A DNA stretch of 64,000 nt, taken from assembly GCF_030144855.1 (NCBI RefSeq), contig NC_082707.1, forward strand, positions 33,542,001-33,606,000, read 5' to 3'. The DNA is from Hypanus sabinus (lineage: Eukaryota). The notes beneath the pieces are model-generated. The model saw only the letters and a list, made by a program, of their open reading frames with translations. It was not told where the DNA came from and made no database searches. Numbering within the stretch: position 1 is the stretch's first letter; each line of letters opens with the position of its first letter. Positions 35,699 through 48,899 of this stretch are shown here, one piece after another. A program made the translations under genes and the position numbers.

Positions 35699-36654
35699 AA
35701 AGACTAATCCTGCTTTAAAAACATCCCAAATTAGATTTTTACATTGTGTTGATGGTTATCAAAGGCACCCACATCACATTCAACAGAATGATTTAAAGGC
35801 CTGTACAATATGATATCTTACTCTGAGACAGAAGAGAGATCAGTGTGAGAGATGGGGTTGCCATGTCCTTAGCTTCACACTGGATGATACAGCTTTTGGA
35901 AGTCTCTGAAGCCTATGCTGGGCCACAAAAGCTTGAGTTTTGTTAGAGGAACAATGCACATTAGGACATTAAGTAATTTTTCACTGTCTGCTAAAATATC
36001 TGAACTTCAGCTGCAGTCCCACCCTTTACCTGTCCTTACCTGTTTACATTTCATTAGCAGTTTACAACATTGAACATTGCTGTGCCACTCTTCTTTACTT
36101 TTCTGTTTGCTTGTAGTAACATGGTGGAACTTGTGACCCATGTGTCCCAACACAATTACCCAAATGGGAGAGAATTGCCATCTGCTTTGTAGAAATGCCT
36201 ATGATAAAGGAGATAGTTTGACCAAGGAACTTGATAGGAATTGTCCTTTGTTAGTTTTATTGCATTATTTTTAAAGATAAATGTTAACACAAGAGCTATC
36301 TTTACCATTGATTAGAAAATGTCTTAAAATAACAGTCTTAATTCTAACACATGAAAAAATTGGTGTTTTGTTTTGATATCACACTTGAGGTTAGTAATCA
36401 TCTATTCAATCACCTTGCGAAACTTTCTAGGGTCTATAAGTCTCTCAGTGGGTCAGTAGGAGCAATAGGACCAGTTAATATTATATCTGAGATTGTAGCG
36501 ACTTATCAGCATTAAACTGGAAACTCCTTTTCCTGACATGTCACATTTTTTTATGAAGTTAAGGAACATTGAGGACAAAACTTTACATAAACAATGGGCT
36601 TGGAATGGATTAGACCAAATGTATAACCTTAAACAGGATTTCTTCCTTTCTCGC

Positions 36655-36810
36655 TTCCCCACTCAGGGAAGCTGAGGCTACTGTTGCAATCTCCAGCCAA
36701 GCCCTGGCTCCAGCTGTGGTTAGCTAAGCCAGCACAGGCTAAAGATCGAAGCAGAGACATTAGGGCTGTGGTTATTGATTCGGTACTGACCCAAGCTTTG
36801 TACCAAAAAC
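36655..36810 (-). mobile_element. Ancient tRNA-SINE-like relic
   Basis: GGGAAGCTGAGGCTA...GCCCTGGCT...AGCTAAGCCAGCACAG...GATCGAAGC (rc B-box-like); a similar segment lies at about 14810-14910. Confidence 0.4.
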
Positions 36811-37399
36811 ATGTGGTTCAGTACTGTCCCAAGTTTTGTATTGGCCTCCTAAATTGTGCGGTATTTTTCTTCTTCAAGTTCAGTTGTTTTCTGCTAATAC
36901 TAAGTATTATTTCCTGTATCTGTAATTCTCCTGAGTCTGGACCCTAGTAAAAAACTTCCGTTGTGGCATAGTGAGACAGAATTTCCTGAGAAATGAGGAA
37001 AGCCCAGGAATGGTAAAGAATGTGATGATTCTCCTTGTGGGTCCCAATGTCTGGGACGTATCATATCTCACAATACATTTTATACTCCACAGCCAAATGT
37101 TTCTACTTGTGCTTATCCAACTTTGTCGTTAATTGAGTCACATAAATAACTGTGATTTACATCAGCTCCCTGTAACTTAGAAGCTCGAACTAGTAATTGA
37201 ATTTCAACTCATATATATGGTACTGTTCTGTTTCTTTTTCCTGTAATTTGACACAGATTGTCAAAAGATTTGTACTAGTGAATTATGAAGAAGTTGCAAA
37301 CTTTTGTCAATGTCATTATATTAAATACATCATGGATGAAATCGCTGTCTATCAACATGTAAACAATTTAAAATTAAACGGTCTCAATATTCGCAACTA

Positions 37400-40300
37400 A
37401 ATTGTTAGAATAATTGGAAGGAAATTTTGCTGGTAAGGTTTTAAGCTGACAATCAGATCAGAGGTATTTAGTATAACATAATATGGAACTGTTGGAGATA
37501 TATTATTCAGGATGTATAATGAGGAAGTGGTTAAGATTGGCTGATAAAATATTCCAAGTAATACACTGTATATTAGTTTAATAAAGTTTAGAACAACTTT
37601 AATAATAATTTATGTGCAGTAACAGAGTAATTGTTTGCAGTAACAATCTGCAATTGTTGTGGAATAGTTTAATAACTTGGAAGCAGATAGGAAACTACTC
37701 GTAAGTTTACAGGACAATCATTGAAAATTAATACATGCAATGTTCTGATGTGGAGTAGTTTCATATGGAATTATTTAGTATATCTGGGAATTGTTTCAAG
37801 TAGCTTGGAAATTGGAAAATACTGATATGAAATTTAATACATTTTATGTATTTGTTTGAACATACTGATACAAGTATTTTAAAAAATATATATAATTCAT
37901 TGTATGTTTTAATAGAGAGTTGATTGAGCAATACTTTATTTTGCAGAAAATATGAGATTATTTGATTTGAAATAGTTTTATATGGAATACTTTGACAGCA
38001 AATGTTCTCCTGCTAATTCATTGAATCTTGTTACAGAATAGCTGGATTAAATTATAGTTCAGGTTCAGAATTATTGTTTAATCAGTAGAAAAGTTCACAT
38101 CAGTAGAAAAGTTTATTGGAAAATAATTTAAGTATTTGTATAAGATTCATTTGAACTCTCATTATTGTTATAAGAAGTACTTGATAGAAACATTCACTAA
38201 ATTATTGGAAAGTCTGGAAAATGTCTGCAGAGATTCTTTTCAATGATTTAGAAGTTAAATGTGGAATGAATTAATAAGAAATTACTTGATCAGAAACTCT
38301 CAGAGATGTCCTAAATATAATTTCTGACAATAAATTGTTTTGTAATTAAATTATTCTGAGGTAGGGAATTGTTTACAAGGAACTATTTTAATAAGAATTT
38401 GCAAATTACTTGGAATGTGCTCAGTGGGAATTATATTGTGTTTTTTAATCTAATTTATCTGAGTGCTTCATCATAAAATGTTTGTTGGAGAATAATTTTC
38501 TGGAGGGAATTATTCAAACACTGTGTCTGCAGTGGAACAGTTAAAATTGTTGATCAAGAGTCATTGCACAGAGAATTGCACGAGAAGGAATTGCCAAAGA
38601 ATTCTTTAATGGGGGATTATTTTAGTGTTTGATTGTTAATTGTAGAATAGTTTGATGAGGAAATCTTTGAATTGGGAACTGCTGGAATAGGGTTGATGTG
38701 AAGTTGTTTAATAGGGAATCGTTTGTAAACAATTACAAAAAGCTGTTTAATATGCCAGAATAGATTCATTCAAAACATTTGATGTTGAATAATTTCACAT
38801 GAAATTATTTTTCTAGGTAATTGTTTAGATCGTTTGCAGATAATTGTTCTACAAGCTGATGTGTTGGTTTCTTTGGTGTTTATATGGAATATTTTGCAAA
38901 GATTTGTTTGGAAGATAAATTATCAGATATAGGACTGTGTAATAGGCAGCAGAGAAATAGAATATTGATGGGAGGGTGGTGTTGTTTGCTAAGATCTGAG
39001 TTTGTTTAGAATTGTTCAATGAACAAATTATGTTATGCATTTGCTCAATTTTCTTTGTCAATTTGGTATAATTTAATATGATTAGATACATTCCTAGGGA
39101 ATTATATGCTCCAAAAATATTTAAACTAATTTGGAGTAGTTGGGTAATTTAATTAATTGTGTATTTTAGAATTCTTTGATAGGAAATAAATTAGAATAAT
39201 TTGATATTCCTTTACTTAGATTAGATGATAATCCAACACATTCTAAAGAGTTTTTGATAAGTTTGTTAGTGTTTTCTTAAAGAGGATACATTCAAAATAA
39301 TTTGTTAAGAAATAGTTTTAAGAGATTACAAAGGAATTGTTAGACCAGTGCAAATATTTCAAATGGATTAATGCAGGGTATTCAGGATGATCTTATATAA
39401 ATGGTCTAATATGGTTTGCCTGCAATTGTTTCAAAGGATTAAAAACAAATGTAATTTGTTTAGAACCAATGTTCAAAATTAATAAATTAGTTGTAACTTA
39501 AATCAATTTGAACATGGAATTATTTGCTATATATGAAAGTAAATTAGAATATATTTTAATTCAATGGCTATTTGGATATATCTGTATTAATAATCCTGTT
39601 CCAAAATATCTTCCCTTTACTTGCCAGAAATCTTAGAACCTGTTGATAAATTTACACTGGAAAGATTTATTAATAAATTCAACTGAAACTTTATTATTTC
39701 AAAATAAGTTGAAAGGAAAGAGTTGAGAATAATCTAACAAGAGCTTGTTCAGTTATAGCAATTTAAAGCTGAATTGTCTAACCAATCAGATATACAGCAA
39801 TTGTTCAATTTGGAAATATTGGGTATGAGATACAATCCTTTGTAAATGTTATTAGTTTATTCATTATCCGCCCTGCAATTTCGAATCATTTGGAATTATC
39901 AGTAAAATATAATGCATAGACAAATTTCAGTGTTTTGATCTGGATGAATAAAAAATTTGGAAATACCAATGAATTGGGTGTAATATACATACCAAAGGCA
40001 AGAATTAACAATAACTTTGGAATAATTATTTCCATATTCATCTGAAGTAGAATTTGATTTCATTTTTAATTTGAAATCAAATGATGTGGCACTGCATTCA
40101 TTCATCTGGGATAATAGGTGTTATTTTTGGATGTTGAATTAATTCAGAACTGAATGAGTTTTAGAATCTTATGTTGTGCAATTCATTGTAACTATGGAAT
40201 AAGTGGTGTATAATTGAAATGGATTGTTGAGCTTATCGTGCTGACTTAAAGTTGAATATGGAATTAATACACCAGTGTAAATGGATTTGGCGTTTTTTAA

Positions 40301-40400
40301 CCTAGGATGATGAAATATGGACTATAAATAATTTTTGGAGTGTTTTGAATTGCCAGTTCAATTTAGAATTGTTATCTTATCATTTTAGAATCATAAAGAC
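37400..40400. repeat. Cryptic AT-rich degenerate tandem array (GGAATT[AG]TTT / GAATAGTTTGAT)
   Basis: Motif variants at e.g. 37661, 37767, 37787, 38365, 38645, 39194, 39516; visibly C-poor plus strand; no recognisable TE. Confidence 0.6.
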
Positions 40401-42099
40401 AGTAACTTCAAACTCTCTGCTAATTTCATACTTCCTTGACAAAATCCATTCTCTTTTCCATGTTAAATAATTACAAACTCTGAATTCAGTTCTGAATTCA
40501 CCTCTCAACCCACATAAAAATACCACAAAAACAGGATTTTCATTTTATTGTATGTAGGAACTTATTGTGTGCAAATATCTGCCTATTAATAGTGACAACT
40601 CTTCAAGATTAAATGCCTGTGAAATGTTTTAGAACAAAGGTGCTATATCTTTCCACAGTAGTTCTTATTTGGACATTATGCTTGGTGGAGTTTAACATGA
40701 ATTATCACCAAGTTTGAACAGATATATGCATAATTAATTAATGCTGTCTTTGGATTTCTTTAATGAGAAATAGTTGGTGAATTTATAATAGTACGATCTA
40801 AATATGTTAGATGCAAAAGAAGTTACTGTGTTCAGAAACCTTTAATGTTAAACTGTTGGTGGCTTTGGAGTTATTTCGTGTGGAGATACCTTTCAAAACA
40901 TGAAGGTGATGGGTTTTGATCTGTTTGGTACCGACTTGCTTAAAGTCGGTAAAGTTTGATCGTAGAATCACGCCACATATTTTGGTAAGTGGCTATTACT
41001 ATGTTTAGATTAATTGATAATGAAACAAACACCCAAGACGTTTAATTAGTTTGGCTTAGATATCTGACTGGATCATGTCCAATCTTTAAAGTTATCACCT
41101 TGGAAATGGATTTATAGTTGTTCTGCTTGCTATTGTTAAATTGAAATTATATAAGAAAATTTAAAAATGTAGAAAATGCTATAAATGCACAGCTGGTTCA
41201 TCAGCATGTAAATGAATAAAACTTAGTTACAGTTTTGAGATTGCAGTCATTTGTAAAAATGTTGATGAAAAAGCTTTAAGCTCTCTGGATAAAAATAATT
41301 TTCAGTCAAATTCTGCACTTTTTATTTGAAACTCATGGGATCGAAAATAGCGACAAAGAAGTCTTTGTGAATATCTTGTTGATTAGAATCTTCTCCAGTG
41401 TTTAACTTTGACATTTAAATTGTTTATTTTTACCAATGATTAAATGAGGTAAGTAATCATTATAGAAAAATGAGAATTGCTCCTCCTTGATGTGAATGTA
41501 ATCAGATTGGTGCAACTGTTGACACTAATGGGAGACGACATTTGTGGAATGGTTCCCCCTGAGGCCCATACTGTAGTTGTTAGGCCAATTAGAATAACTG
41601 GTTGTGGTTTCAGTTAATAGAAAACGAGATTTCTTTTCATTTGAAATGTTCAAATCAGTGTACCAATCTGCTAGGTATAATAAAACTTGAGGATAAAGTC
41701 AGAGTCAGAAGATTCAGTTGACAATTAAGTGTTATGTGTAACAAAATCAATGTTTTTAAGGGTTAATATCAGAACCTTATTTACATCTTATCCTGTCAGA
41801 TGATGAACATGTAGGTTCTGTTTTTATTTCTTAAGTTAAAAACGACTTGCATTAGTATATAGCCTTTCCCTACACAACCTATAAAAATGTGTCTAGGTCA
41901 ACTAATTACAGAAAAATGCTGCAGTCAATTTGTACGTGTTAACATCTTGTAAATGGCAATAGATAACAATAAGGTTCTTTTGGAGTTGTTGGCCAGAACC
42001 TTAGAGGAACTCACTCACTTTTCGTTGTACTGAGCTTTTGTATATAGGCTCTCTTTCATTCAACTGAGAGGGCAGACAGAAGTGCAAATTAGCTTTTCG

Positions 42100-42545
42100 A
42101 TCAAAGTCAAATTTATTGTCATATGCACAAGTGTATGTAAGTACAGGAACAATGAAAAACCTATCTGAAGCAGCATCCCAGACACACAGCAACAGAGACA
42201 TAGTGCTCACATGAAAAATATACATTTACATAAATTATGAAAAACTTAATAAGAACTAAAAAGTCCATTGGAGTGCAAAAATGATCAAAGTGTTGCTGTT
42301 AGGGTTGTGCAAGTTGATTCAAGAAGCAAATGGTTGACGTGAAGTGGTTGTATTGTGGGATATCAGACTCCTGTACCTTCTGCCCCATGGTAGCTGCAAG
42401 AAGATGGCATGATCGGGATGGTGGCAATTTTTTTATGATAGATGTTGCCTTCTTGAGGCAGAGTCTTTGTGGATACTTTCTATGGTGGGGAGGGATGTGC
42501 CCATGACATTCTGGGTTGAGCTCACTACTACTCTCTGTGGCTTTG
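42100..42545 (-). mobile_element. Rex1/Babar 3' fragment
   Basis: TCAAAGTCAAATTTATTG tail; frame MGTSLPTIESIHKD..RRQHLS. Confidence 0.8.
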
Positions 42546-42884
42546 AATTATTCACCCCAATACCGCTCTGACCTCTCTGTCCCCAGTCTCCGAACGAAGC
42601 TCTCGAAAACCTGAAGAGTAGCACTTGCCCAAACAGTGAGCTCAATGGTTTCAGGCCATTACCACTGCCCTGTCTGTTTTTATTTTCAGACAGTAACTGC
42701 TAATAGTGGTCCTGTTATTTTATCTCCTTTGACCATTCCCTTTTGCCTTGCCACATCCAATCAATGACTGTAATCTGAATATTGAAGGCTGAAGCAGAAG
42801 TTTCAATGGAAATAATTAGTTGAATTATTAAAGTACAATGTATATACAGTATTATATGAGAACTTCTGTTACAATCACTCAGCT

Positions 42885-43298
42885 AAGCGAATTCTCACTG
42901 GAGTTTAGAAGAATGTTCAATTCAATTCAATATTGAAAGGCCTAGATGGAGTGGATGTGGAGAGGGTGTTTCTCAAAGTGGGAGGGTCTAGGACTGGAGG
43001 GCATAGCCTCAGAATGCAAGGATGTCCCTTTAGAATAGAAATGATGAGAAATATCCTTCGCCAGAGGATAGCGACTCTTTGGAAGTCATTGCTACAGACA
43101 TTTGTGGAGGCCAAGCTCCTAGGTATATTTACAGTGGAAGCTGATAGGTTCTTGATTAGGAAGGGCATCAAAGGTTACAGGGAGAAGACAGGAGAATAGG
43201 GTTGAGAGGGATAGTGTATCAGCCATGATGAAATGGCAGGGAACACTCGGTGGGTCAAAAGGCCTACTTCTGCTCCTATTTCTTTTGGTCTTGTGGTT
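42885..43298 (+). mobile_element. CR1 3' fragment
   Basis: ORF 42933-43199 KGLDGVDVERVF..GSRTGGHSLR...DRFLIRKGIKGY. Confidence 0.9.
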
Positions 43299-43599
43299 TA
43301 AGATAGGGTGTACAGTTTATAGGATGAGAGCCTGCAGTAAAAAAAAACATGTCAGTTAGGCTGCTTGTTTGGTCTCATGGGAAACAGAAGGGCCAATCAG
43401 AGTGATTGTTACCATTTGAAAAGTCATCCAGCGGTACGTGCAGGTGATCATTTGGGAAATACAATGGGAGGTCTAACCCGAGAGATGGGACTGGTCAACA
43501 TGCCTGCAATGAAGTTTTTATTATTTTTGTGATGCAACCCAGTCCCTAAACAAAAACAATTTTCTGCTACCTTTTGTTCCCTGCTTCTTAACCAATGAA

Positions 43600-44400
43600 A
43601 TCTCTTGAGCATAAACCTACTGATGGTGATTTTACTGAACTGGCAGCAGTGGGGTAAGAGGCTCCCAGTGCATCAATGACACTCATCCCTGTGCTTCGCC
43701 AATTCAAAATGTATTTTAAAATCAAGTCAGACCAATGCCTCAGGCAGCAATGGGGGTAAAAAGCAATAGGTTGGAGTATCAGGGATAAGTCTCCCAATTT
43801 GATTATAATAAAAAATTCACATTGAATTTTCAGCAGACAAAGGAAGTTTAAATCAGTGTGAACACTTCCACAATCCAGCTAATGTTCTTGTGACACGGAG
43901 TGATTGAGTTGCAATAAAAAGAATGAACAGGATACGAGGACATAATCCTGGGCTAGAGGGAGGTTCCAAGCCTTCCTTTCCTCTACTTCAATTTGATCCA
44001 GCCTCCAGAATTGGAAAAGCTCTTCACTCATGAGGAGTTGTGAGGGAAGATCAGTTTACACCTGCTTGTGCCTCTGCTTTGACACATCTGATTTTTTCTA
44101 AAATCCATTTCAGCAACACATGCACTCAAAATGCTCAATTCTACCTGTCCCATGCTCCCCCATACTGTTGGCCTACCATCCAATGTTCGATGGGCGAAAA
44201 TGTGCTCCAGTTGAATGCCCAGTGGACAAGAAGCCATTATATTTAGTCCTTGTCACAAACCTAGTTTCAGAGTCAATGACTCCAACCCCTGCCTGGTACT
44301 TGTCCCAAAAATGAACCAAACTTGACATTGATGTCATACTTGCCCCAGAGAGAAACTTTTGGTCTATTTGCAACATCATTTGCAGGTTTGTATTGAGCTC
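43600..44400 (-). pseudogene. Ancient LINE AP-endonuclease relic
   Basis: Ordered degenerate APE motifs on minus: VGVIDSETRF (ETW), FRKNQ..RG (RxDR..GGG), IIKLGDLS (GDFN), SDLILKY (LDLILTN), LGASY (LGxSDH). Confidence 0.55.
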
Positions 44401-44814
44401 TTCTCTAAGACCATCAATGATATCTCCTGCTCAAACTCTCATTAATTCCATAATTAGAATGTCTAGGCTTAAATAACTGTTAATAAACGAGATTATCTAG
44501 TTCTTCTGACTGGGCATGAACACGCATTGGTTCTTCCTCATCGTCTCCCTTGTACTTACTTACCAACATTGCCTTTCATTTATTCAACACCTTTATAAGG
44601 AACAAGAGCAAGATTAGGCCAATTGGTCCTTCAAGTCCTTCAAGCCTGCTTCACCATTCAGTAAGGTCATAGTTCATCTGTTTTAAAATTCTCAGTGGAG
44701 TTTTCAAATCTTCAGTCCAGTTCGTCCATCCAACTTCTGTAAACTCTTCTTCACTTCCAAGATCTCTCTGCTTCTCCAATGCTGGCTTCCTGTTTATCCC
44801 TGCCTAAGGAAGGG

Positions 44815-45480
44815 TACATGGCAATTGCAAAGGTTTCACCAGATTGACTTCTGTGAGGACTGGTTAAGGAGACTGGGGCTATACTCAAGTGAGTTTGGGA
44901 AATTCAGAAGTGGTCTCATTGAGATCTATTTGATTCTTCTGGAGATTGATGGAGTACACACAGGGCTGGCATTTCCCCTAACTGAAATGTTTGCAGCCAG
45001 TCGTACCACCCCAAAATAAAGGAATAAGGGACGTCGTTATGCTTTAATGTATGGTATATGTGATAAATGAATGAATGATTCTGAATCTGGTGTTTTAGTA
45101 ATGTGATGAGAAGAAATCTCTTCACCCAGATACAAGGAATCTTTGCAATGCTAGAGGGCTGAGGAGACTCAGTCACTGAGTATATTCAAAGCAGAGATCC
45201 ATAACTTTCTGTATGTTGAAGGAATTGAAAGACATTGGGATAGAGCAGGAAAATGGCATTTGAGGTAGAACAAAGATAAGAAAATGTGCAGATGCTGGAA
45301 ATCCAAGCAACATGCAAAAAATGATAAAGGGTCTCACCTGTTTACTCTTTCCCATGGATTCTGCCTGGCCTGCTGAGTTCTTCCAGCATTTTATGTGTGT
45401 TGTTTGAGGTAGAAGATCAGTTGTACTCAGGATTAATAACAGGGCAGGCTCAGGGCGCTGAATTACACTGTTCTCATTTA
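44815..45480 (+). mobile_element. Old CR1 3' part interrupted by a mini-PLE
   Basis: QRFHQI..EDWLRRLGLYSSEF..RSGLIEIY; AGAAATCTCTTCACCCAG; CR1 3' end. Confidence 0.8.
45271..45402. mobile_element. 132-bp inverted mini-PLE
   Basis: Exact 12-bp TSD TTTGAGGTAGAA (45259-45270 / 45403-45414); minus pLTR end joined to a plus pLTR that starts in the hammerhead region (GATAAAGGGTCTC). Confidence 0.85.
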
Positions 45481-45634
45481 TCAGCTTCTTAACAGGGACC
45501 AATGTAAGAAAAGTGACTCTGACCTCCCCTTACCTTATGGAGTGATGGAACAGATTTAAGTAACCCAATGGCTGAATCGCACCTCATTTTCTTATATTCG
45601 TAATGTGATAATACCATGGCTAGTATAACACTTC

Positions 45635-45890
45635 ACCTTTGTGCTGCCTGTTAGGGGTTTGCATGTACTCCCTGTGACCGTGTAGGTTTCCTCTGAGTGC
45701 TCCAGCTTACTTCCACACTCCAAAATTGTACAGATTATTAAGAGTTCATAAATCGTGGGCATGCTATGAGAAACATGGTGACGCCTGTGGGTTGCCCCCC
45801 TCGGACTGTGTTGGTCATTGACGTAAACAATGCATTTCACTATACATTTCTATTTTTCAGTGTGCATATGAGAAATAAAGTTCATCTTTA
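45635..45890 (+). mobile_element. V-SINE with non-CR1 tail
   Basis: GTTTGCATGTACTCCCTGTGACC..GTTTCCTCTGAGTGCTCCAG..; 3' end GCATTTCACT...AATAAAG. Confidence 0.75.
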
Positions 45891-47327
45891 ACCATCAGGG
45901 TTCTATGTTCTGGAATTCCCTCACTGTTTTCCACTTTTATCTTACAAGATTTTTCTTAAAAACATGCCTCTTTTGGTCACCTCAGCATTATCTCATGTTG
46001 CAGCTTGGTATCAGTTTGTGTTATATGCTTCTGCAATGTGGCTTGGAATATTTGAATGATTTATAAGTGCAGTTGAAATAAATTTTTGGATGCCTAACTT
46101 CTCACCCTTATGTTAACTTTACTTCCAAAATTTGATTCCATTTTCTTTAAATTTGAGAAACGGAATTCACATGTGGAGATTTCCACATCACTTTGCTTTA
46201 GTTCCTGCAGTTGAGGACTTATTTATCCCCAGGTTAATGTTTTGTTGTTAATTTATTGTTATAAGTGACTGCCCAATCCCTCTTCGATGATCATTTAAAG
46301 CAACCTTCCATGGCACAACAGCGGACCTGCACTTTGGGCTCTTTTATTCAAATAAATTAATTTTGCCGAATATTCCTACCATTGGCACGATGGGTGGTAC
46401 AGCTCCAGAGTTCCCCAAAATCCAGCCCCTGATCTTGTGTTTCTGGATTTTAATCCTATGCTCAAGCTCAGTTGCGCTTACCTCTAAAGTGGCTGTATGC
46501 CTACTTTGCCTCGCCGTTGTCCCCTCACTTTGTTGTTTTGTCAAATGTTTTTAACAAAAGAAAGTATGATGATATGATTATGTTCTTTTGAATTGGGAAA
46601 CTGATTAAACAACCTTAATTAATCTCATTTTACCTGTGTATGATGTATCCAAAATCACAAGATCACATGAACTTGTTCAAATTGCTATAGGTTTGTGTTC
46701 AGTGTTAACTAAATTAGTTCTTCAGTCATACATTGACTGATCCTAGACTTCGCATGCACTTGAACAATATAATTATTACTATACACTTAATTTTAGAAAT
46801 ATCATAACTTGAAACCAAGTTTCCAGCTAATTGTTGAGTATTCTCTTCACTGGATGCACTTGTCAAGTAAGCTATCTCTCAGTGTGACTCTAACAGTGCC
46901 TCCCTTTATTCTGTTCGTGTTTATTAGCTTGGCTTGGTTCTGCAGATTTCAGATTTACAGTAAAGATATATCACAGGCTGACTCTAGAGGTCACTGCCGA
47001 TTCTGTTTTGTTCATATGGCTTCTTTAAATGCTCCACTTGATAGGGACTTTTCAGTCTTCAATCATAACTCGCATGTGGGCTGAGAGGTAGACGGGTGTC
47101 TGTTGGAGATACTGAGTATTTGTCAATGTGAGTCAAATGGCACACTTGGCCATAACATATCTGAGGTCATAGTGAATTATTGCCCACAAAAGTGAATAAT
47201 TACAAAATTAGTAAGGTTTGTCGCTTCCATCGTCCCCTCACTTTGATGCGCTTGTCACTTAACAACTTTCATGTTGCTGTCTAAAGTTAAATATCTGAAA
47301 TGCCATCATTGTCAAATTTACTAAAAG

Positions 47328-47465
47328 ACAAAGATGTATGATTAGTAGGTTAATTGTCCCGTGAATAGACCTGTGAATTGTCCCGTGAATAGACTATGGT
47401 TAAATCGGGGGTAGTTGGGTGGTCCAGAAAGACCTATCCCAAACTATAACTTAATGAAATAAAAT
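47328..47465 (+). mobile_element. HE1-like SINE 3' fragment
   Basis: CAAAGATGTA..GTAGGTTAATTG..GGTTAAATCGGGG; internal 19-bp duplication 47352-47370 / 47376-47394. Confidence 0.65.
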
Positions 47466-47728
47466 ATCAACAAAAATATCAGAATTGGAAACTATATCCA
47501 TATTGTTGAAATATAGAAGGCAGACTGCAGAATGTGGGCTGTGATGAGTAGAGTGGGATAACAAAAATGTGAGTGCAGAATATATAATAGAAACTGATTT
47601 GAAGTTAATATCACCTGGGTAATTAAATTATCATGTTCTCCTTGAAGATTTTTGCTATGTATAGATGAACTTCCAATGGTACATTTTGAACTACAATGCC
47701 AAATAAGTTCTGAGGATAATGACATGAG

Positions 47729-48294
47729 TACACAGGGGCCTCTTTATTAAGTACATCCTGAACCTAACGAAGTGGCTACTGAGTATACGTTCATGGTCTT
47801 CTGATGTCCCATATCCTCTTCATAGTTTGACGTGTTGTGCGTTCAGAGATGCTCTTCTGCATCTGTTGTAATGTGTGGTCATTTGAGTTACTGTTCCCTT
47901 CCTGTCAGTTTGCACCATTTTGTCCATTCTCCTCTGACCTCCTCATTGACAAGGTCTTTTCACCTACAGAACTGCTGCTCACTGGGATTTTTTTTTTGTT
48001 TCCATACCATTCTCTATAATCTCCAGAGACTGTTGTGCATCAAAATCCCAGAAAATCAGCAGTTTCTGTGATACTCAAACCGCCCCATCGAGCACTAGCA
48101 ATCATTCCAAGGTCAAAGTCACTTTGATCATATTTCCTTCCCATTCTGATGTTTGGTCTGAATAATACCTGAACCTTTTGACCATGTCTCCATGCTTTTA
48201 TGCATCGAGTTGCTGCCACATGATTGGCTGGATAGATATTGACATTTAATGGGTAGGTGTACAGGTGTAGCCAATAAAGTGATCACTGAATATA
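47729..48294. mobile_element. Non-autonomous Tc1/mariner-type element (MITE)
   Basis: TA-bounded imperfect TIRs TACACAGGGGCCTCTTTATTAAGTACA / TGTAGCCAATAAAGTGATCACTGAATATA; an extra inverted TIR copy ends at 47787. Confidence 0.8.
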
Positions 48295-48899
48295 TGCTAT
48301 GACTTTTGGCACACAGACCTATACTATTTCGTGTGTTCAAATATACAGTTGAACTTGCTGCTATAAATGATTTGGAAGTCCACAAAGTAAAGTTCTTCTC
48401 ATCAAGGTATGGGTTCTGTACTGAACCATTCCTGATGATAATCATACTTTTATCACTTGTACTTGGGGGTAGGAGGAAGCCAATGGGGAAGAAGAACTTT
48501 GTAATCCAGGTCTGTAATTCAGGACCCTATTGTTTGTAGCTGCTATCATATGTTTAGTGATTTCATTTTTATATTTAAGTTAGCAATGATATTGGTTTAA
48601 AACTATGAATGAATGTTTTATGAAATGCACAATGTTACTGCAGCGGAGAGTATTATAATTTCTGTACTTAGATTCTCACATGAGGGTTAGTTGATCTTTA
48701 TCAGCTTTACCTAATGGGCTGTAGAGCTTCTTCCTTATGTGGAGGTGGAGAATCCCCGATGCGACTTATTGCAGAACGTGGAATATGCAGTGGGATGTTG
48801 GCATTGTTTCCTTGACAATAGTATCCATTCTGAGGCATGGGAAAGACCTGAAATGGATGAGTAACTTAAAAAAAAGCTTGCATGGTACATGCCGGTGAA

